IMG/VR virus record: IMGVR_UViG_3300028591_000075 | Span: 96,001 to 160,000 of that record | Reading direction: 5' to 3' (one strand) | Length of the DNA: 64,000 bases | Origin: a virus | Lineage: Duplodnaviria > Caudoviricetes | Shown here: positions 55,331 through 64,000 of the stretch, in pieces | Layout of the letters: each line of letters starts with the position of its first letter | Numbering within the stretch: position 1 is the first letter of the stretch | Made by a program: the position numbers and the translations under genes | Notes under the pieces: generated by a model | What the model was told of the DNA's origin: nothing | The model's database searches: none | Seen by the model: the letters and a program-made list of their open reading frames with translations, nothing else

Positions 55331-56107
55331 ATGAAAGTAGCGATAGTGTTACTAACAAAATATTTTAAGTGTGATGCCGACTTCCATGAATGGTGTCGGC
55401 ATCATTTTTCTATTGGTGTTGACCATATTCATGTATTTGACAATAACACGTGTTTCGATATAAAATTGGCATGTGAGAAGTATGGAAAACTAATATCCTA
55501 TGAACAAGTATCTAACCCGCAACAATATCAGCTATATAATAGATACATAACTAACTGTGATGCAGACTATGTGATGCCTATAGATGATGATGAATATTTA
55601 TCTATTTCATCTGACATTGGAAACATCCACGATGCGATTGAATATTATAGCAATAAGCTCGGACAATTAAATGTATTTGGTATACGGTGGCTATTCCGGT
55701 TTCCGAAAGTGTTTCATTCGGAACGCGCGGGCAGTGTATTAGAATACTGTTCAGAAGAAAATGATTACATCGCCACTCGGTTTTCTGGGTATGGAAATAA
55801 CATAATAAAATGTTTAGTAAAGAAAGAATCATTTGTGCGGTATATGGATGCCGATGAGGATATATCAAGAAATCACATACCTCTATCTACTGGGATTGAT
55901 GGTGCTATTATGTGCGATGGTCGCATTACGAAGAAGCAGCATGTGTCCGGTCATCTGGAAGATGAACGAATAAGACTAATACACTGTCCATACAAAGGAT
56001 TCTCGGAATACATGGCCAAGCAGGAGCATCATGTCTCAGTAAGCCATAAAGAACCTCGTCCTCGCCATTATGGTGCGTTCAACATGATTTTGGAGAGATT
56101 ACCTTAA
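55331..56107 (+). CDS. GT-A glycosyltransferase (GT2/GT92-like); AT-rich
   Basis: EWCRHHFSIGVDHIHVFDN, YVMPIDDDEYL (DxD), IKCLV, LIHC. Confidence 0.8.
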   Translation: MKVAIVLLTKYFKCDADFHEWCRHHFSIGVDHIHVFDNNTCFDIKLACEKYGKLISYEQVSNPQQYQLYNRYITNCDADYVMPIDDDEYLSISSDIGNIHDAIEYYSNKLGQLNVFGIRWLFRFPKVFHSERAGSVLEYCSEENDYIATRFSGYGNNIIKCLVKKESFVRYMDADEDISRNHIPLSTGIDGAIMCDGRITKKQHVSGHLEDERIRLIHCPYKGFSEYMAKQEHHVSVSHKEPRPRHYGAFNMILERLP

Positions 56108-56314
56108 GCCAAGATATTTTATCGGACCATCCGTGTCTGAGAAGTGTAAAACTTGGATGACAATTAGTGGGTACAACAATAAACCCAGGCATTACCGGTT
56201 TAATAAGCTCATCGGCATATAGATCTACCGGCTTCCAAGCCCATGGCATTCCCCCTTGTAATCCGGAAAAATCCTCCAAAAAAGAAAGGTCGGCAATTTT
56301 GTCGGCCTTTTCTA

Positions 56315-56343
56315 TTGCATATAGCATCGAAGTTTTCTATATT
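56315..56343 (+). promoter_or_regulatory. Sigma70-like promoter
   Basis: TTGCAT-17 nt-TATATT, with ATG 56350 6 nt downstream. Confidence 0.65.
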
Positions 56344-56349
56344 TTGGTC

Positions 56350-57078
56350 ATGAACCCGAAATACGACCTCATCACGGTAGCTGAAATGCTACGCTACATC
56401 GCTGCCCACGAAAAGGCAGCCAACCTGAACAAGGACCTCACCATTCTCCGCGAAACCGCGGTTGACCCTCTGTCCAAGAGCCAGTTCTTCATCGGAAAGT
56501 TCCGGTGCTTCTTCGAGGACATAGGGAACGAGCATGTGGCGGTCACCTGCCCCGGTCTCCGTATTTTCCATGAGGCGCTTACCATGAAGCTCATCGACAA
56601 GATGGCTTCCAGGTATGACCGCCGCGTGGTACAGGGTCATGCGTTCGCCGACAAGACGAACCTCGGGTACCTGTTTGCCAAGGAATACCAGGGTGTCGTT
56701 GGATACTGGTACTATGACGAACGCACCGGTAGCCGCAGGGTGTACCTGTATCACAAGGAAAGTGAGACCAGCTACATCCTGAAATTCGACAGCCAACTGA
56801 AATTCCTGGTTGACGAGAATAGCATGGAGCACTGCGTGAACAACGACTACAAGGTGGTGGACACCATCGAACAGTTGGCACATCCGGAAGTTAAGGCGCC
56901 GGTTCCGCGCAAGTCAATCATCCAGCGCATCTGCGACCTGTTCAGGAAGCCGCAAGAAAGCCAGCTCGACCGCGAGCACAAGATTGCCAAGGAATTGACG
57001 GAATGGATAGCATCCCAGAAGCCGTTGGACCCCGAGGATGCAAAGCTGCTTGAAGAAAACCTGTGGAAACTGGTGTAA
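56350..57078 (+). CDS. Hypothetical protein
   Basis: Start moved to ATG 56350; phage-like codon usage. Confidence 0.7.
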   Translation: MNPKYDLITVAEMLRYIAAHEKAANLNKDLTILRETAVDPLSKSQFFIGKFRCFFEDIGNEHVAVTCPGLRIFHEALTMKLIDKMASRYDRRVVQGHAFADKTNLGYLFAKEYQGVVGYWYYDERTGSRRVYLYHKESETSYILKFDSQLKFLVDENSMEHCVNNDYKVVDTIEQLAHPEVKAPVPRKSIIQRICDLFRKPQESQLDREHKIAKELTEWIASQKPLDPEDAKLLEENLWKLV

Positions 57079-58098
57079 TTACCAGCTGCCGAGACCAGGA
57101 CATGCCTGGTAGTTCGGATCGGCGGTAATGTCCTTGACGCACTCGTCCACCTCGGGCGGACGGAACAGGATGGCATCTTTGAGCTTGGCAAGGTCCTCGT
57201 CCCTGATGGCGAGCGGGTTTCCTACAGAATCCGTAAGTTCCTTCTCCGTCGAAGAACCGTCGGTAGCCTTCCCGAGGGAAGCCTGACCGAACAGGTTGTC
57301 GATGAAGTGCTTGTTGACCGGGCTGTTCGCCACGTCTTCCGAAACAATCTGACCACTGTCCACAGCGACCTCCAGATACGCCTTCCACCAGTATTTGCGG
57401 TAGGCCGGCTCGAATTCGGGGAGCTCGTCCGTGATGCTAGTAATCTGGTAAGTGATGTTGTTGTTCGCCATTTTCATCAGGTCGCCAGCCTTCGGATAAA
57501 TCTGACCAGCTGAATAACCGTAATAGTTGAATTTCGAGTACCCGCGCTGCGAGTAGATCGGGTCATGCTTCTCCGGGTCGCATTCCGGAACAATCCCGTG
57601 TTCCTTCAATGACTGGTAGTTCAGTTCGAGGAACAGGTCCATGTTAATGTAAATTTCTTTTTTCGTAGTGAACTGCAGGCCGAGCCTGGTGTACATCTCG
57701 GTCTGCGGGTCGAAGCCGCCCATCATCGGGATGTCGAACGCCCTGTCTATTACGCGGGCGTTGTCCTCGTGCGTGACCGGGTTTGCAGACGCATTGAAGG
57801 TCGTCGTGTAGTATGTGAAGTTGATGCCACCCATACCGAGCGTAGCGGCACGCTGCATGATTGCGATAAGGTTCTGCGTCTTGAACGAGTTCTGCTTGCG
57901 GAAAGTCATGATGCGGCCAAGACGACCGGTGTGTTCGAACACCGGCTGGTTCGCTTGTGCCAGTTCGGAACGTTCCACGTTACCGGTGGCCTTCGGGTCC
58001 CACATGCCTTCCTGCACATGCGCGAGTACACTGAAATTTGGGACGACCACGCTGGTCGCCCTGCAAAACCCAGTAATGTTTAAGTCGAAAGTCGGCAT
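57079..58098 (-). CDS. gp14: Neck / head-closure protein (T4 gp14-like)
   Basis: THEDN, YTRLGLQFTTKKEIYI, YPKAGDLM, YQITSI; late box at 58115-58122. Confidence 0.7.
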   Translation of the reverse strand: MPTFDLNITGFCRATSVVVPNFSVLAHVQEGMWDPKATGNVERSELAQANQPVFEHTGRLGRIMTFRKQNSFKTQNLIAIMQRAATLGMGGINFTYYTTTFNASANPVTHEDNARVIDRAFDIPMMGGFDPQTEMYTRLGLQFTTKKEIYINMDLFLELNYQSLKEHGIVPECDPEKHDPIYSQRGYSKFNYYGYSAGQIYPKAGDLMKMANNNITYQITSITDELPEFEPAYRKYWWKAYLEVAVDSGQIVSEDVANSPVNKHFIDNLFGQASLGKATDGSSTEKELTDSVGNPLAIRDEDLAKLKDAILFRPPEVDECVKDITADPNYQACPGLGSW

Positions 58099-58114
58099 CT
58101 ATTCCTCTGGGAGT

Positions 58115-58152
58115 AGTTTATAGTGGTACCTACCCCGGAAACGATATAAACT
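58115..58152. promoter_or_regulatory. Divergent late promoter pair
   Basis: TATAAACT on - (58115-58122) and on + (58145-58152). Confidence 0.75.
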
Positions 58153-58175
58153 GTTGGCGAAAGAGGAATTGATGT

Positions 58176-60734
58176 ATGGCTGTTGCACGTAAGTACGGAA
58201 TAATCTCATTTGAAGAGGCGAGAGACCATCTCGTCTCGATTCTCCAGGCCAAGGAAGGCCGCCTGGCCGACTTCGGTGCAAGCGCCTACGGCAAGACCCT
58301 TATCGAACTGTTCGCGGGCCAGAGCGACCTCATGGCCTACTATGCCGAATCTGCGTTCGAGAACGCATTCCTTGAAAGCGCGGTCAATAGCTCCGCAGTC
58401 TATGCCGGTGCCAGGATGCTCGGGTACAGCGTGCGCCGTCCGGTTCCTGCAAAGGCCGGTCTCGGTCTGCGCCTCGTGAAATCCGGCGTGTATGACACTG
58501 TCAGGGTCTATATTCCCAAGGGAACTGTGTTCAGCATGAGCTCCCGTACGCTGACTGCCGTGAGCGACATGGAATTTGCCTACGATCGCGCTACTGATGA
58601 AGATTCTACCGGTTTGATGAAGCTCGTTACCGGTGTGGCCGTATTGGCGGAAGGTGTGTATCGTACCGATGCCCTTATCTCCAATGGCCAGCAGAACCAG
58701 GTATTCTACATCAACGACCCCACGTTCTCCGACTACTTTGGTGAAAATGACCCCAACTATGCCGATGATGGTCACGTGACCCAGCGTGCCGCCTGTTTCA
58801 CCACGGTCACCAGTGATGCTACCCTCGTTGACAATGTTGACCCGAATACGGTGAAAAATGACCGCCTCTACTGGCGCATTTCCCGTCGCGGACTTATCGA
58901 CCCGAGCAACGAGGATACTGCAAACGATATCCAGAAGTTTGCCGACGGGGACAAGAACTTTACGACCAACTACACGGTCATCGTGGGCACTTCCAATGAT
59001 GGTAACGTCGAATTGCGCTTTGGTGACGGCTTGAAGTCCGCTATTCCGTATGGCGACATCATTGTCAAGTATTTCTCCACCTCCGGTGAATACGGCAACC
59101 TTCTTGGTGTCGAGGGCACGACCCTCTCCGTTTCCGGTGGCGGTATCAGGATTACCCAGGCAAACGGCAAGGAAAGCGACCTTCTCGTCACTGACCTCAA
59201 CATCTTCCTCACCACTGACCTTCGCGGTGGTCTGAACATCGAATCCATCGAATCCATCAAGGCCAATGCTTCCCAGATTTACAACTCACTCGACCGTCTC
59301 GTGACGCGCCGCAGCTACAAGACGTTCCTCCGTCGCTATGCCGACATCAAGTATGCCTCGGCTTACGGTGAGGACATCCTGAACACCAAGCTCCCGCACG
59401 GTGGCATCAACGTGAAGTACATGAACCAGATCCGTTTCAGTGCGTTGAAGGACCTCTACCGCGAGAAGGATGGCAAGTATTATCCTACCGCCCCGTCCGA
59501 GTATTTCCTGAGTGGGTTCAAGGTCAACGGCCTCATGAACACCTGGGAATATGACTACGAGGAAATTGACAGTTCCGTGGTCGCGCACGATGGCGCCAAG
59601 ATTGTATCGAAGATTAACTCGGCCCTTACTGAAATTGGGTACAAGGGTGAAAAGCTGGCCGAAATCATGCAGAAGGCTATCCTGCCTTATATCCCAACCA
59701 TCGACCCGGATGCCAGGGTGTTCGGCGCGATGATGACCCCGCTTGACTATGTGGTTGACGGAAGTGAACTCCATTCCATCATGGTGGCCTTGAACCGCAG
59801 GTCCATGGTGACCCTCGGCGGTGGATACCATAACTTCGTGTTCCCTACCGTCCATAACATGTCAATGCACATGGATGTCACCCTGTTCAAGGGCAACAAC
59901 TTTACCGATGTGCGCGAGAAGATTACCAAGGCGGTCTACAAGTTCTTGAAGGACAATACCGAGTTCTGCTCACCAATTTACCGTTCCAGGATTGCTTCCA
60001 TCGTCCATACGATGCCGGAAGTTGCCGGTGTGGATGTCACATTCACCGTGCCGGATAACGGATATGCCGAACTCGAACTCGAAGACTATCCGTGGCTCGG
60101 TGTGCTCACATCCGACTACATCACGCCGGGTACCGTGACCTTTGAAGGCCCGGAATTCTCCCTGAATGCTGACGTGATTTACAACGGTGTTTCCAGGAAC
60201 ATTACCTACACGTTCAAGCTCCCGAACCAGAAGGACATGCAGTCCCTGCTGACCTACTACTACACCTCGTATGTCAAGCCGTATACGGCAAGCGACCGTA
60301 TTACCGACAAGTATGTCGGCTACATCTGGTCCAATGTCATGCAGCAGGTGTTCCGTCCGCTGATGGATGCATGGACAAGTGCCAAGAACAGCGGCCAGGC
60401 CGAGAACATGGACATCTACCAGGAACTCATCAACGCCTTGAAGACATGGAGCATGGAACCGGGTGCCGACGAGCTGACGTTCAAGGATTCCGAACATGTC
60501 AAGAACCTCCACGAGGTGAACGGCTCCGTCCTCTTTGACTACCTCCTGTACGGCATGAACTACATCAAGCTGGTCAGGAACATCTTCTGCACGAGGACGG
60601 CGATGGCCCTTATTGACCCGGATACCGGAAACGTGACCAACTACACCAACGACAATGAAATCGTCCAGTTCAACATTCCAAGCGAGGAAATTGAACTTAC
60701 CGTGGCTTACGACTCCTCGCTGCTTACCAAATAG
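58176..60734 (+). CDS. gp6: Baseplate wedge protein (T4 gp6-like)
   Basis: ISFEEARDHL, FLESA..SAVYAGARMLGY, LRFGDG..IP, STSGEYGN, GGLNIESIESIK, RLVTRRSY. Confidence 0.9.
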   Translation: MAVARKYGIISFEEARDHLVSILQAKEGRLADFGASAYGKTLIELFAGQSDLMAYYAESAFENAFLESAVNSSAVYAGARMLGYSVRRPVPAKAGLGLRLVKSGVYDTVRVYIPKGTVFSMSSRTLTAVSDMEFAYDRATDEDSTGLMKLVTGVAVLAEGVYRTDALISNGQQNQVFYINDPTFSDYFGENDPNYADDGHVTQRAACFTTVTSDATLVDNVDPNTVKNDRLYWRISRRGLIDPSNEDTANDIQKFADGDKNFTTNYTVIVGTSNDGNVELRFGDGLKSAIPYGDIIVKYFSTSGEYGNLLGVEGTTLSVSGGGIRITQANGKESDLLVTDLNIFLTTDLRGGLNIESIESIKANASQIYNSLDRLVTRRSYKTFLRRYADIKYASAYGEDILNTKLPHGGINVKYMNQIRFSALKDLYREKDGKYYPTAPSEYFLSGFKVNGLMNTWEYDYEEIDSSVVAHDGAKIVSKINSALTEIGYKGEKLAEIMQKAILPYIPTIDPDARVFGAMMTPLDYVVDGSELHSIMVALNRRSMVTLGGGYHNFVFPTVHNMSMHMDVTLFKGNNFTDVREKITKAVYKFLKDNTEFCSPIYRSRIASIVHTMPEVAGVDVTFTVPDNGYAELELEDYPWLGVLTSDYITPGTVTFEGPEFSLNADVIYNGVSRNITYTFKLPNQKDMQSLLTYYYTSYVKPYTASDRITDKYVGYIWSNVMQQVFRPLMDAWTSAKNSGQAENMDIYQELINALKTWSMEPGADELTFKDSEHVKNLHEVNGSVLFDYLLYGMNYIKLVRNIFCTRTAMALIDPDTGNVTNYTNDNEIVQFNIPSEEIELTVAYDSSLLTK

Positions 60735-60745
60735 GACTGTGATCA

Positions 60746-63700
60746 ATGCGTGCACCGATTTACAATGACAGAGGCCAATTCCGATACAGCGACTTTGTCG
60801 CCTACATGCCGGAATATCTGAAAAGCGAGCCCGATGTAGTCACATTGCTGCAGATTTTCAGCGACTACATCAACAACGCATATAGGAACATAGAGACCGT
60901 CGAGAAGTTCGAGTTTGCCATTGTTTCGCGCAGTAGCGAAATCAACGGCGCCGTTGCGAAGATGGAGTATCTCCGCACCATGCTGGAACTCGCCGGCGCC
61001 CGTAACGACTATGTGAACCTCCTGTCTGTACCTCGCGCAAATGTAAAATCCAACTCGGTGTTCGGTCAGGACAGTGGTCTCTCCCCGTTCACGGTGAACT
61101 ATAACGGAAGCGAAATCGTTGACCGCATTGACAATGCCTCCGCTGTGGTTCCTGGAATTAAGGGATTTAGCGACGGTGATGTGATTTTTGTGAATTACGA
61201 CAACATTCCGGGCGAACCCGAGCATGAAGTCGCATATTATTACGATTCCTCGATGAACTGCCTCTACCGAGATCCGGATGGCACGTCCCAGGACCCGTTT
61301 ACTGGTTCCGACAACTCGTCTGCCCGTATCGTTTCGTTCAAGGCATCCGATGTTTCCAGCGTGAAGACCCGCTACGGGTACACCACCGATAACGGGACCC
61401 AGTACAAGGAAGTGTTCTTCACTGCCCGTATTTACGATGTGAAGTCTGAAAATGCCGTAAAGGAAATCACCCTTCCGGGAGGCCAGGAAGGTGTCATCGA
61501 CTACTATGGCACCGAACGCACCCCGTCCGGTAAGATGCGCACCGTGGTTCGCTTCGATGGTGAGAATGGGTGGGCCTGGAAGAATGGCTTTCCGACCGCA
61601 ATCATTTACCTCTCCGAAACGAGCGGTGCCAACCTGGTAAGCGCAAAGGGTGCCGGTGCCAAGTGCCTCCCGCTGAATGTGTGCGTTGACCCGGCATATC
61701 AGGAAACCATGAACCGATATGCGGTGATTGGTGAGCCGAAGGTTGAAGATGGTTTGCTTGTCGTGAACCTCGGTTCATGCTACCCGGCATACGCCAATGG
61801 TACCGTGTATCTGGCAATCAAGCGGAACCTGCATATTTTGGGTGAATTCAATGTCATCAAGGATGACCGTGAAAGTGGCCACCTGGATTTGAGATTATCC
61901 CCGGTTGGAAAGATGCCAGATCTTACCGATGTTGGCGAACTGGTCCTACTTGACCTCCCGTTGTTCTATGGTCGCGGCACCTTGGATTATACCCAGGCCT
62001 CCCCGATTATCCGCCTGGGCGAACTCATGGAACTTGACCGGAAGGATGAGGATGGCCTTAACCTTGTGCCCGATGACAGCATGCTGTCCTATGCCTGTGA
62101 GACCACGGCGAACAAGGTACTGGGCGAGTTGACTATTCTTAAAAAGGAAGATGAGAACCGCACATCCGCCGATGCCTACATGGATGGCGGGTATAGGATA
62201 ATTGTTCCTTTCTCGTCCGACCTTGCCAAGAACTTTGGCAAAACGTATGACCTCGGTGACCGTATCTACATAAGTGGTGGTCACCAGTATTGGTCCGGAA
62301 CTGCCATTGTCAAGGAATTTAACACCGAGGCCGATGGCTATTCCATCAAGTTGGAAGGTATCAGGGCCATTCGCCCGACCGGTGATGTCGCCCAGATAAG
62401 CGTAGCCGATGTTGGATATTTCAGCACCGCCGATAATGTAGTCAGCGGAATTGTCAATGCCTCCCTTCTTTCGGAAGAAGGTTCCGTTGTCGTGCTCCAT
62501 GGCGCCGAACATAAGCTGGTTGCCCGCATGTACCCGGATGGCCATTTTGACCGTGAAATTCCGGATGACTCCTACACCATGGAAATTCTGGAAAAGACGG
62601 ATGACCGTGCCAGGATTTTGCTCCAAGTTGATGAAGGCGATGAATCCATTATGACCGTATGGTCTCGCAGCCGCGGTGACTTGTTCACTCGTAAATACAT
62701 GATGCTTGTGGACGGGATGGGGAACGCCCAGATTCGTCCGGTCGTATTTAACCAGGGCGAAGAAGTTGTTGAACTGGTAGCTCCGGGTGAATACAAGAAG
62801 GGCCAGTACCTGTATGACAAGGTGTCCAAGAAGATTTACTACTGTGGCGAGGACTGCATCGTCCAGGACGTAAACTCGGTTGCGACAAGCAACATCTTTG
62901 TCGAAGACCGCATCGTGCATTACAGTGTCCCGTATGCCGAAAGGTACAATGCGTTCATGCCGTATTACGGCTCCATTGCCGCTATGGAGTATGAAAGCCG
63001 CATTGGGTACAACGACGACCCCGAAGTGTTTACTGCCCCACTCTACATTACCAAGGTCGAGGAAAAGTCCTTGAAGTATGGGTGGGAACACCGTGAATTC
63101 TTGAACTATGGGGACATCATCAACCTTTCCGGTCGTCCCAGGAACGGTATGCTTGAACTGCATACGACTGAGCGTTCTAATGAAGGTAGCCCTCTCACGA
63201 TTGACTCCAAGATGGACATAGTGAACAGCGACCTGTTTGAACGCTGCACCTGGTCATACCCGCATGAAGTTGTGACCAAGGGTTGTTCCTCCACGATATC
63301 GGTCGATATCGATGATCCTATTGTTCTCGGTGCTGAAAAGGATGCCGCAACCGGAAAATGGAACGTGATTGTCCATTCTGCAGCACATGGCCTGGTTGAC
63401 GGTGCCATGGTGTCCGTATCCGGTATCGAGATGGGAGAGGTGAAGGGCATCGAAGTTGACTTCAATGTCGATCTTGCGCCGGTTAATGTCCTGGATGGTG
63501 ACACGTTTACTTACCAAATCACCGTTGACCCGAAGGTTCAGGGCACTACCTGCTCTGCCGAGAAGGGCGATGGCAAAATTGTCTATGTCCAGGACCACTA
63601 TGTGTCGGTGGTCGCAATCTCGTTCGATGCCGAAAACAACCTGTCCGTCTCGTTCAAAAACAAGGTTCATGGGCCCATGGTTGGTGACAAATTGTATCTG

Positions 63701-64000
63701 GAAGGGTGCATGGTTAATGATGCCGCATTCCCGGTTGGACCATACGATGTAATCGAGGTGAATGAGGACTTCACTGGTCTTACGTTGCGTGGCCCATTTG
63801 CCGTACTCCCAGTTCCTAGTGAGGGCGCCATTGTCCGAAAGGAAATCAAGGAAGGCGACGTGGTGGCCATTACCAATTCGAGTGATGAGCCGGTCAGCTT
63901 CTATGAGGTCAGCCCAGGCGTATGGACGGAAGTCGAGCGCAATGCCCTCATTACCCCGCTTGACCTGTACTCACAGACCAACCTGTTTGATGTGACCACG
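60746..64000 (+). CDS. Large baseplate wedge protein (gp7-like), truncated at the window edge; not in the ORF track
   Basis: MRAPIYNDRGQFRYSDFVAYMPEYLKSEPDVVTLLQIFSDYINN...; frame spot-checked open near 61860 and at the end; HGLVDGAMVSVSG beta-barrel motif; follows gp6. Confidence 0.75.
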   Translation, partial: MRAPIYNDRGQFRYSDFVAYMPEYLKSEPDVVTLLQIFSDYINNAYRNIETVEKFEFAIVSRSSEINGAVAKMEYLRTMLELAGARNDYVNLLSVPRANVKSNSVFGQDSGLSPFTVNYNGSEIVDRIDNASAVVPGIKGFSDGDVIFVNYDNIPGEPEHEVAYYYDSSMNCLYRDPDGTSQDPFTGSDNSSARIVSFKASDVSSVKTRYGYTTDNGTQYKEVFFTARIYDVKSENAVKEITLPGGQEGVIDYYGTERTPSGKMRTVVRFDGENGWAWKNGFPTAIIYLSETSGANLVSAKGAGAKCLPLNVCVDPAYQETMNRYAVIGEPKVEDGLLVVNLGSCYPAYANGTVYLAIKRNLHILGEFNVIKDDRESGHLDLRLSPVGKMPDLTDVGELVLLDLPLFYGRGTLDYTQASPIIRLGELMELDRKDEDGLNLVPDDSMLSYACETTANKVLGELTILKKEDENRTSADAYMDGGYRIIVPFSSDLAKNFGKTYDLGDRIYISGGHQYWSGTAIVKEFNTEADGYSIKLEGIRAIRPTGDVAQISVADVGYFSTADNVVSGIVNASLLSEEGSVVVLHGAEHKLVARMYPDGHFDREIPDDSYTMEILEKTDDRARILLQVDEGDESIMTVWSRSRGDLFTRKYMMLVDGMGNAQIRPVVFNQGEEVVELVAPGEYKKGQYLYDKVSKKIYYCGEDCIVQDVNSVATSNIFVEDRIVHYSVPYAERYNAFMPYYGSIAAMEYESRIGYNDDPEVFTAPLYITKVEEKSLKYGWEHREFLNYGDIINLSGRPRNGMLELHTTERSNEGSPLTIDSKMDIVNSDLFERCTWSYPHEVVTKGCSSTISVDIDDPIVLGAEKDAATGKWNVIVHSAAHGLVDGAMVSVSGIEMGEVKGIEVDFNVDLAPVNVLDGDTFTYQITVDPKVQGTTCSAEKGDGKIVYVQDHYVSVVAISFDAENNLSVSFKNKVHGPMVGDKLYLEGCMVNDAAFPVGPYDVIEVNEDFTGLTLRGPFAVLPVPSEGAIVRKEIKEGDVVAITNSSDEPVSFYEVSPGVWTEVERNALITPLDLYSQTNLFDVTT

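Noticed and set aside
56079-56327. 82-aa minus-strand ORF or possible gene remnant after the glycosyltransferase
   Set aside because: It overlaps a hairpin (about 56285-56312) and a promoter, and has no recognisable motif.
1-64000. CRISPR arrays, tRNAs, introns/inteins, stop-codon reassignment
   Set aside because: No regularly spaced repeats, cloverleafs or intein motifs were seen. Genes are full length under the standard code and TAA, TAG and TGA are all used as stops.
1-64000. Host assignment (codon style, GAGG SDs, TATATT boxes and the BspA-like domain suggested Fibrobacter)
   Set aside because: An impression only. It needs CRISPR-spacer matches or best-hit analysis of Hsp20, PhoH and the IS relic.

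Overview
This 64-kb window comes from a large T4-like (Tevenvirinae-related or jumbo) myovirus. No tRNA, rRNA or CRISPR array is visible. It contains scattered T4-type morphogenesis genes: tail sheath gp18, tube gp19, a gp26/51-like chaperone pair, tape measure, gp48/53/27/5-like baseplate proteins, gp4, gp67-like/21/22 prohead proteins, gp15, gp13, gp14, gp6 and a gp7-like gene running off the right end. It also encodes the late sigma factor gp55, gp47, a UvsY-like protein, PhoH, Hsp20, a thioredoxin-like protein, a holin-like protein and many unknowns. About 24 copies of a phage late-promoter box, TATAA(A/G)(C/T)(T/C) and mostly TATAAACT, organise the window. Main finding: about 12 otherwise unrelated late proteins share a portable ~30-aa two-helix motif that usually ends in a gp21-type cleavage site (hydrophobic-x-E then A/S/G). 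It sits at the N-terminus or between domains. The cargoes include ankyrin-like, ADP-ribosyltransferase-like, ferritin-like and acidic multidomain proteins. This looks like a capsid-loading tag for a modular set of injected effectors. Other notable signals are a CCC_UUU_CGA +1 frameshift site upstream of the tape measure, a sigma54 -24/-12 promoter in front of Hsp20, SD-occluding hairpins, probable leaderless mRNAs, several catalytically eroded enzymes and an IS1595 remnant. All family assignments come from motifs recognised by eye; no database searches were run.
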